DNA of 32,000 nucleotides from Methylophaga frappieri (GTDB lineage Bacteria; Pseudomonadota; Gammaproteobacteria; Nitrosococcales; Methylophagaceae): NCBI RefSeq assembly GCF_000260965.1, contig NC_017856.1, positions 60,001 to 92,000 of the forward strand, read 5' to 3'. Shown piece by piece: positions 26,058 to 32,000 of this stretch (position 1 is its first letter; each line of letters starts with the position of its first letter). The notes under the pieces were generated by a model. It saw only the letters and a program-made list of their open reading frames with translations, ran no database searches and was not told where the DNA came from. The position numbers and the translations under genes were made by a program.

Positions 26058-27371
26058 TTAATTGTTGATTTCCACTTTTTCAAAAATGCTGGGATCTTTT
26101 TCTCCAATCACTTCAATTACCCCCCACGCCCCTTTATCAGTTCTCATCAATGCATGATCAACCAGAACATAATGACCAGGATAATCGACCGTAAACTCGA
26201 CGATAGTGGCCCCACCGGCCGGGATATTCGTGGTTTGAACATTCTTGAACTGAGCACCATTCATTGATGCTTCCGGATAGACCGTGTCAAAAATCTCGCC
26301 TACTAAATGAAATGAGGAATTCATCGCCACGCCACCATTGCCGACATACAGTCTGACGGTATCACCTACATTAACCTGCATGTTGTCCACAACGGCACCG
26401 GTGCGCCCGTTAAACACCACATATTCAGGTTGTGAATCGAGCATTTTTTTAGCGTCAAATACCTGCAGGCCTTTTCTGCCAATAGCACCTGTGGTGTAGA
26501 GCTCACCTTGCATCAGATAAAACTCTTTATCCACGACAGGTAAGCCTGCTTCAGGTTCAACCAGAATCAAGCCATACATACCATGGGTCATATGTACCGC
26601 CATATTTGGCACAGCGCAGTGATAAACAAATAGCCCTGGATTAAGTGTCTTGAATCGTATGGTTTTACTTTCACCAGGCTCAACTACTGTTGCTTCGCCA
26701 CCACCGCCAGGGCCAGTGACGGCATGAAGATCAATGTTATGTTGATGCAGACTGGTACTGTGATTATGTAATGTGAGCTCGACTGTATCGCCCTCTTTAA
26801 CCCGAATCATTGGTCCGGGAACCGTCCCGTTAAACGTCCAGTAATTAAACGTAATCCCTGGAGCAAGTTCAGCCAGAACTTCTTTGGTTTCCAAGGTGAT
26901 TTTAGTTACATTTCCTGAAGTGTTCGTCTGGGAAACAACTGGTTCAGGCACATTATTGGGATCATGCGCAATATCCTCAATCCACTCAAATTGACCAATA
27001 TGCCTAAAGAAGGTCAGCACATTATTCAACGGCAAACCCGGACCTTTTCCAGGGCCATATGATTCAACGTACATCGGGTATTGAAACATATACATTCTGC
27101 CTATCGAAACAGACAGAAATAGGGCTATGCCCACAATAAATATCACCATGGAAATAACATATGCACGGGAATGCATCTGATGGATCAGTCGCATAAAGAA
27201 AAATAGCGACGCTGTGGCGGCGATAACAAAACCGAACATCTGTATCAAACTGGTTTTGAGATAAGCCAATAAGGAAAAGCCACCTAGAGCTAATATCACC
27301 ATTAGACTGAGTAATAATGCTGTGGTCACGGTGATAACCAAAACATTTGAGAGCCGGTATAAATTCATCAT
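26058..27371 (-). CDS. nirK: Copper-containing nitrite reductase NirK with a polytopic N-terminal membrane domain
   Basis: The copper ligand motifs are HNHSTSLHQHNIDLHAVTGPGGGG, VYHCAVPNMAVHMTHGMYG and YVLVDHAL. The first ~100 aa contain about 4 hydrophobic helices instead of a cleavable signal peptide or lipobox. Confidence 0.85.
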   Translation of the reverse strand: MMNLYRLSNVLVITVTTALLLSLMVILALGGFSLLAYLKTSLIQMFGFVIAATASLFFFMRLIHQMHSRAYVISMVIFIVGIALFLSVSIGRMYMFQYPMYVESYGPGKGPGLPLNNVLTFFRHIGQFEWIEDIAHDPNNVPEPVVSQTNTSGNVTKITLETKEVLAELAPGITFNYWTFNGTVPGPMIRVKEGDTVELTLHNHSTSLHQHNIDLHAVTGPGGGGEATVVEPGESKTIRFKTLNPGLFVYHCAVPNMAVHMTHGMYGLILVEPEAGLPVVDKEFYLMQGELYTTGAIGRKGLQVFDAKKMLDSQPEYVVFNGRTGAVVDNMQVNVGDTVRLYVGNGGVAMNSSFHLVGEIFDTVYPEASMNGAQFKNVQTTNIPAGGATIVEFTVDYPGHYVLVDHALMRTDKGAWGVIEVIGEKDPSIFEKVEINN

Positions 27372-27750
27372 TATTCCTGTTTAGATTTACCCGAGTCATA
27401 AACGAGTCGTATGAATATAACAATAATTAACCATTCAACACCGTTATTAGATATTTGATGGATAGGTGAAATTTGGTTTTACTCTAAAAGGTAAGAACCC
27501 CCAAATTACTAGCTGCAACATGTCAAAATGATTCTCAAGAAAGGCATGCTTGCATAAGCCAAACAGTAGGGCTGGCGATTAGTATTGCTTGAATGTATTA
27601 ATTATAAAGATCAATAACTTAGTTTGTATTTAAGGGGTAGGATTTTGTCAGAGTCATAATTAGAAATGTGCATTAGAGTGCAATGCATTTAATTCTGCTA
27701 AAACGCTGTCTTGTGTAATAGAGTGTGACGATATAGATCGTGTAAATTTT

Positions 27751-28113
27751 ATGGAGCTTCCTATGTGGTACTACTTCACCAAAGTTTTGGTCAGCGCATT
27801 TATGATCGTCGCGATTTCAGAAGTTGCCAAACGAAGTTCTCTTATAGGAGCAATTCTCGCGTCTGTACCAATGATTTCTCTTATCGCGATTATTTGGTTG
27901 TATCACGAAACCGGTGATACGGCCAAAATTAGCGTACTGGCAAGCAATATTTTCTGGCTGGTTATCCCCTCACTGGCTCTGTTTTTGACTTTACCGGTAC
28001 TACTCAAAAGTGGCTTAGGTTTTTACTGGAGTTTATCTATCTCAATCTGTGTGACAATTATTTGTTATTTCGCCATGCTCGCTTCACTGCGTTTCATGGG
28101 TATAAATATCTGA
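27751..28113 (+). CDS. DUF3147-family small membrane protein
   Basis: 120 aa with 4 predicted TM helices. YFTKVLVSAFMIVAISEVAKRSSLIGAILASVPMISLIAIIWLY resembles DUF3147. Confidence 0.7.
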   Translation: MELPMWYYFTKVLVSAFMIVAISEVAKRSSLIGAILASVPMISLIAIIWLYHETGDTAKISVLASNIFWLVIPSLALFLTLPVLLKSGLGFYWSLSISICVTIICYFAMLASLRFMGINI

Positions 28114-28160
28114 AAAACATTACTTTTCGTTATTTACAAAGTTCATCCGAGATGCTTCAT

Positions 28161-29738
28161 TTATGAAGTTTTAACAACAGATTTTTTAACCGAAATCCCA
28201 AGTCGTTTTGCCATTCTGACCAGGTTGGCCCGATCGGTTTTCAAGGCTCTGGCTGCTTCACTCCAGTTTCCATCGACCTGTGTTACGGCGGTTAAGATGC
28301 AGTGTTTTTGAAACTCATTGGTTGCGGTTTTGAGATCGAAATCATTGTCGATTAAAGAATACTGTTCAGTTTTTGCGTTTAAGTTATCTGCTTTTTGATT
28401 TGCGGGTAATTCAAGAAATTCTCGATTCAATGAAATGATGCCGGTGGCAGTAGGCTTGGCGTTGGCTTTTAATGACGCCCGGCTGATCACATGCTCCAAC
28501 TCACGAACATTGCCCGGCCAGGAATAGCTCCTTAGGGCCAGCTCTGCATCCTGAGTTAGACGTAACTGTCTTATGCCTAATTTCCGACTGGTTTTTTCCA
28601 GAAAGTAACCCGCCAACAATAAAACATCCTGCTCCCGGTCTTTTAACGGCGGCACTTTGATGGGATAGACTGATAAACGGTGATAAAGATCGGCTCTGAA
28701 ACGTCCCTGTCTTACTTCTTCTTCCAGATTTCTATTGGTGGCGGCAATCACTCGGACATCAACCTGTTCAACATTGTCTTTGCCAACGGGTTGTATTTCC
28801 CCACTTTGCAACACCCGTAGCAGTTTACTTTGCACCGCCAAAGGCAATTCACCCACTTCATCAAGAAACAGACTGCCACGATGGGCTAATTGAAATTTAC
28901 CGGCCCTTTCACGATCCGCTCCGGTGAAAGCGCCTTTGGTATGGCCAAACAACTCGGATTCAGCCAATGTTTCCGGCAAAGAAGCACAGTTAATGTGGAC
29001 TAAGGGTTGGTCTTTACGTAATGACAATTGATGCACAGTACGTGCGACCAGCTCTTTCCCTACGCCGGTTTCACCAGTGATAAGCACGGTATAGTCCGAA
29101 CCGGCGACCAGCTGAATTTCATTTTTCAAGGTCTGCATCGCAGTGCTTTGACCTATCAGCTCTCCCCCATCTTTTAATAACGCCTCCTGAGTCAGTTCCT
29201 GCACCAGTTGCTGGGCATGCTGGGCACTGATTTCAAGCTTTTTAAATTCCAGAGCGGTTTTTAAGGTGGCTGCAGACAAAGCTGCTATCAGTTCCAGCGT
29301 TTTTGAACTGATAGTGTTAAAACTTCCTGCCTGTAAACTGTCGATAGTCACCAGACCAATGACTTTCTGATCCGAATACAAGGGCAAACCCATGCAGGAA
29401 TGTACTGGCAGATCACCAGTTCTGGCTAATAACAATCCATCATAAGGATCGGGTAAATCACAGTTATCCGGGAAAATAAGCGGTTTGCTGGCATTGCAAA
29501 GTTGTTGAAGTCTGGGATGTTCGCTCAGAAAAAAACGTCGACCTAAAACTTCAGAGGACAAGCCTTGGATGGCTAATGGTGTCAGCAGGTTTTCATGCAG
29601 ACCCAATAAGGCCACAGCATCACATTTAATCGCTTTACGAATAGAAGCCAGCAATCGGTCAAATCGATCATCATTATTGATGCTATTGGCAAGATCCAAT
29701 GCCACTTCAAGTAATAAGGTTGAATCAAATTCTTGCAT
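28161..29738 (-). CDS. norR: NO-responsive sigma54 enhancer-binding protein NorR (GAF + AAA+ + Fis-type HTH)
   Basis: It has an N-terminal GAF-like domain. The AAA+ motifs are VLITGETGVGKE, ESELFGHTKGAFTGA (GAFTGA) and LFLDEVGE. The C-terminal HTH is WSEAARALKTDRANLVRMAKRLGI. The ATG at 29738 has SD GAGGTGG. Confidence 0.9.
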   Translation of the reverse strand: MQEFDSTLLLEVALDLANSINNDDRFDRLLASIRKAIKCDAVALLGLHENLLTPLAIQGLSSEVLGRRFFLSEHPRLQQLCNASKPLIFPDNCDLPDPYDGLLLARTGDLPVHSCMGLPLYSDQKVIGLVTIDSLQAGSFNTISSKTLELIAALSAATLKTALEFKKLEISAQHAQQLVQELTQEALLKDGGELIGQSTAMQTLKNEIQLVAGSDYTVLITGETGVGKELVARTVHQLSLRKDQPLVHINCASLPETLAESELFGHTKGAFTGADRERAGKFQLAHRGSLFLDEVGELPLAVQSKLLRVLQSGEIQPVGKDNVEQVDVRVIAATNRNLEEEVRQGRFRADLYHRLSVYPIKVPPLKDREQDVLLLAGYFLEKTSRKLGIRQLRLTQDAELALRSYSWPGNVRELEHVISRASLKANAKPTATGIISLNREFLELPANQKADNLNAKTEQYSLIDNDFDLKTATNEFQKHCILTAVTQVDGNWSEAARALKTDRANLVRMAKRLGISVKKSVVKTS

Positions 29739-29780
29739 AGCCACCTCAAGTAACAATTAATGTCAATTTAGCACGATAAG

Positions 29781-29816
29781 GTCAAAAAGACTTATTTATC
29801 TATATGTCATTTTGAC
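29781..29816. promoter_or_regulatory. Two NorR-type GT-N7-AC boxes (upstream activator sites)
   Basis: GTCAAAAAGAC (29781-29791) and GTCATTTTGAC (29806-29816). A degenerate third box, GTCAATTTAGC, is at 29762-29772. All lie 55-110 bp upstream of the sigma54 promoter. Confidence 0.6.
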
Positions 29817-29870
29817 ACGTTAAGTTATATATAAAAATCTATCACATTGATTTATAACTATTTAAATAAA

Positions 29871-29886
29871 TGGCACAACCTCTGCA
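29871..29886 (+). promoter_or_regulatory. Sigma54 (-24/-12) promoter of hmp
   Basis: TGGCAC-AACCT-CTGCA has correct GG-N10-GC spacing and sits 46 nt upstream of the hmp ATG. Confidence 0.75.
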
Positions 29887-29931
29887 ATCACTTTAACGAA
29901 TCAGTTGTTTGTATTAGTTAAGAGGTTATTT

Positions 29932-31122
29932 ATGTTAGATAACAGAACCATTGAAATTGTAAAAAGTACTATCCCATTATTAGAAGATGCCGGGGTTGAA
30001 GTCACCGATCATTTTTACAAACGCATGTTCAGTCATAACCCTGAATTAAAAGATATTTTTAACCTTGCTAATCAGGCCACCGGAAGACAGCAGTTTGCCT
30101 TGTTCAGCGCCGTTGCGATGTACGCTAAGCATATTGATGATCTGGGTGCTTTAGGCGAATTGGTGGAAAGAGTTGCCCATAAACATGTCAGTTTTGATAT
30201 TCAGCCAGACCAGTATCAAATTGTCGGCCATCATTTGATTGAAACACTACGAGAGATGGCGCCTAATGAATTTTCTGATGAAGTGGCCGAGGCATGGGTG
30301 AAGGCCTATGGGTTACTGGCCAACGTATTGATTGGCCGCGAACACGAAATTTACAGCGATTACCAAACGAAAGCAGGTGGTTGGACTGGTTCACGTTTAT
30401 TTGAAGTTAAGGATAAAACACCTGAATCAGACCTGGTGACCAGCTTTACCTTTGTTCCTGTAGACGGTGGTGAGATTGCCAACTATCAACCTGGTCAATA
30501 TCTTGCCGTTAAAGTAAAACCTGAGCGGGCGGAGAATGTTGAAATCAGACAATATTCCATTTCTGATAAATTTAATGGCGAAAGTTACCGGATCAGCGTC
30601 AAACGTGAATCTCAGCCACTAGCAGGTTTGGTTTCTAATCACTTACACGACGCCGTACAAGTTGGTGACCATATAGAGCTAATGCCACCCACAGGTGATT
30701 TCTTTTTAGCCCATTTAGATAAACCGACAGTGTTGATCTCTGCAGGTGTTGGCATCACCCCGATGATGGCAATGCTGGAAACCCTGCTTGCAAGCCAGAC
30801 CGAGCAACCCATCTGGTTTTTACATGCCTGTGACAATAAAAATCAACACACCTATGGTAAGCAACTGAAAACAAAAGAAAACCAGCTGGATAAGCTGCAT
30901 TATTACTATTGGTATAAGCAGGATGATTCTGATGATGAGAAAGCGCTTAGTGGTTTGCTTAATTTAGATCGTCTGCAGTTTGAGCTGCCCCTGACTGACG
31001 GACATTTTTATATATGCGGTCCCGTCGAATTCATGCGCTTTATCAAACAGCAACTGGTGGATTTAAATGTTGCTGCAGAGCAGATTCATTATGAAGTGTT
31101 TGGTCCGCATAGCGATATTTAA
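29932..31122 (+). CDS. hmp: Flavohemoglobin / NO dioxygenase Hmp
   Basis: 396 aa from the ATG at 29932 (SD AAGAGG). It has a globin N-terminus (MLDNRTIEIVKSTIPLLEDAGVEVTDHFYKRMFSHNPELKDIFN) and an FNR-like FAD/NAD module (RQYSIS, GVGITPM). Confidence 0.93.
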   Translation: MLDNRTIEIVKSTIPLLEDAGVEVTDHFYKRMFSHNPELKDIFNLANQATGRQQFALFSAVAMYAKHIDDLGALGELVERVAHKHVSFDIQPDQYQIVGHHLIETLREMAPNEFSDEVAEAWVKAYGLLANVLIGREHEIYSDYQTKAGGWTGSRLFEVKDKTPESDLVTSFTFVPVDGGEIANYQPGQYLAVKVKPERAENVEIRQYSISDKFNGESYRISVKRESQPLAGLVSNHLHDAVQVGDHIELMPPTGDFFLAHLDKPTVLISAGVGITPMMAMLETLLASQTEQPIWFLHACDNKNQHTYGKQLKTKENQLDKLHYYYWYKQDDSDDEKALSGLLNLDRLQFELPLTDGHFYICGPVEFMRFIKQQLVDLNVAAEQIHYEVFGPHSDI

Positions 31123-31129
31123 AAATTCA

Positions 31130-31156
31130 GTGGAGAGCGTTACAGCTCTCCACTTT
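31130..31156 (+). terminator. Probable hmp terminator hairpin
   Basis: The stem GTGGAGAGC / GCTCTCCAC has a 6-nt loop and is followed by only TTT. Confidence 0.45.
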
Positions 31157-31239
31157 CCTGTGTAAATACCTGCATCTTGACGCAATCTTCATCTGCACTG
31201 GCGTAAAAACTTTATTGCCAATGTTAATCAGGATGCCTT

Positions 31240-31548
31240 ATGAAAAATATCTATATCGCTTTATTCTTCAGCGGAATTGGAGTGCTTGCGTTCTCCGCTC
31301 AGGCCGAACAACCAAACGACACACAGATATGTGAAGACTGGGCCAGCAAAGCCGGCTCGTATATGTTGTTTCGACAAATGAATACACCGATACAGGAGGC
31401 CATGGAAAATGCGATGGGCAATGTTACACGTGGTTTACTGCTTAGTGCCTACCAACAACCAGTAGAGGAAACCAACGAAGGCAAGCAAAAAGCTATTGAT
31501 GATTTTAAAAGCCAAACCTATCAAGAGTGTATTTTACAAATGGAATAA
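31240..31548 (+). CDS. Small secreted protein of unknown function (102 aa)
   Basis: The signal peptide is MKNIYIALFFSGIGVLAFSAQA|EQ. I recognise no family. Confidence 0.55.
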   Translation: MKNIYIALFFSGIGVLAFSAQAEQPNDTQICEDWASKAGSYMLFRQMNTPIQEAMENAMGNVTRGLLLSAYQQPVEETNEGKQKAIDDFKSQTYQECILQME

Positions 31549-31551
31549 ATT

Positions 31552-32000
31552 TTAAAACTCATATTCCAGCAAGGCTCGCCAATTGGTATCGGCCGTTTTG
31601 GATGAGAGTCCAGTAAGCACACCCACCTCCCAATGCAGTTTTTTGCCAGGTGAAATACTGATATCACCCAGAAAAACCGGGCCTAAGGCTCGGGTATCTT
31701 CACCTGCATAAAACTCCATAGCCGGTTCAAAATAACGTGAAAGCCGGTAGCGCGTTTGCAATGACAAAGCGGTTTCAAATTCACTTTCCTGAGTTTGACC
31801 CCATTCATACTTGAGCCAGAGGTTGGTTGTCGCCACCCATCTGCCCCACTCTTTCAAACCAATTAATCCTGCAGACACTTCCCAGTTATTGTCATCGCGT
31901 TGCCGTTCAAGTTCAGTAATTAAGCCCCAGTCGATACTGTATTCGCCTTGCTCGGTAAGCTGCCACAAAGCCTCTATTTCAAAAGCCTGAAGGCGCAGAT
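31552..32000 (-). CDS. Outer-membrane beta-barrel protein, 3' part (N-terminus beyond window end)
   Basis: The frame is open to position 32000; the track's M at 31968 is a TTG inside the frame. It shows an alternating amphipathic strand pattern and a C-terminal ...LLEYEF aromatic terminus typical of OMPs. Confidence 0.55.
   Translation of the reverse strand, partial: LRLQAFEIEALWQLTEQGEYSIDWGLITELERQRDDNNWEVSAGLIGLKEWGRWVATTNLWLKYEWGQTQESEFETALSLQTRYRLSRYFEPAMEFYAGEDTRALGPVFLGDISISPGKKLHWEVGVLTGLSSKTADTNWRALLEYEF

Noticed and set aside
27372-27750. Search for sigma54, NorR, FNR or NsrR sites upstream of nirK. Candidates were TGGCTT-N-GCA on the - strand near 27550-27570 and the imperfect palindrome AAATGTGCATT-N7-AATGCATTT at 27664-27690.
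   Set aside because: The sigma54-like element has GG-N9-GC spacing, one nt too short. The palindrome has an extra base in one arm and aligns poorly with the NsrR consensus as I remember it. Neither is convincing enough to call.

Overview
The window is an AT-rich (about 40% GC by eye) gammaproteobacterial chromosome segment with a marine Alteromonadales/Vibrionales-like gene content; the taxon cannot be fixed from the sequence alone. It has five parts.

(1) 1-700: the 5' part of a BI-1/YccA membrane protein gene and tRNA-Ser(UGA).

(2) 710-10043: a signalling and secretion locus. A minus-strand operon runs repeat-rich lipoprotein -> ShlB/FhaC-type Omp85 transporter -> PhnD-like periplasmic binding protein -> sensor kinase. 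It is divergent from genes for a CheY-like receiver, an HTH-receiver protein and a PAS kinase. This is my best candidate for an undescribed system, because the cargo position of a two-partner-secretion-like pair holds a lipoprotein with no TPS domain.

(3) 10571-18208: two directly repeated 3.2-kb Tn3-family elements that lack a resolvase. Each has perfect 42-bp IRs and a frameshifted tnpA. They bracket a GC-rich, translationally coupled vapB-vapC-orf183 cassette. There are no target-site duplications. The structure truncates a DUF4198 gene on the left and the HerA ATPase of a SIR2-HerA anti-phage system on the right.

(4) 20700-24181: an SDR reductase, a Crp/Fnr regulator and an overlapping DUF1989 + YqcI/YcgG gene pair.

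(5) 24819-31122: a nitrosative-stress cluster. It holds nirK (with an unusual polytopic N-terminal membrane domain)-nnrS, DUF3147, and norR divergent from hmp, with a clear sigma54 promoter and NorR-type boxes.

A small secreted protein and a partial outer-membrane barrel gene follow. All family assignments come from reading the translations; no searches were run.
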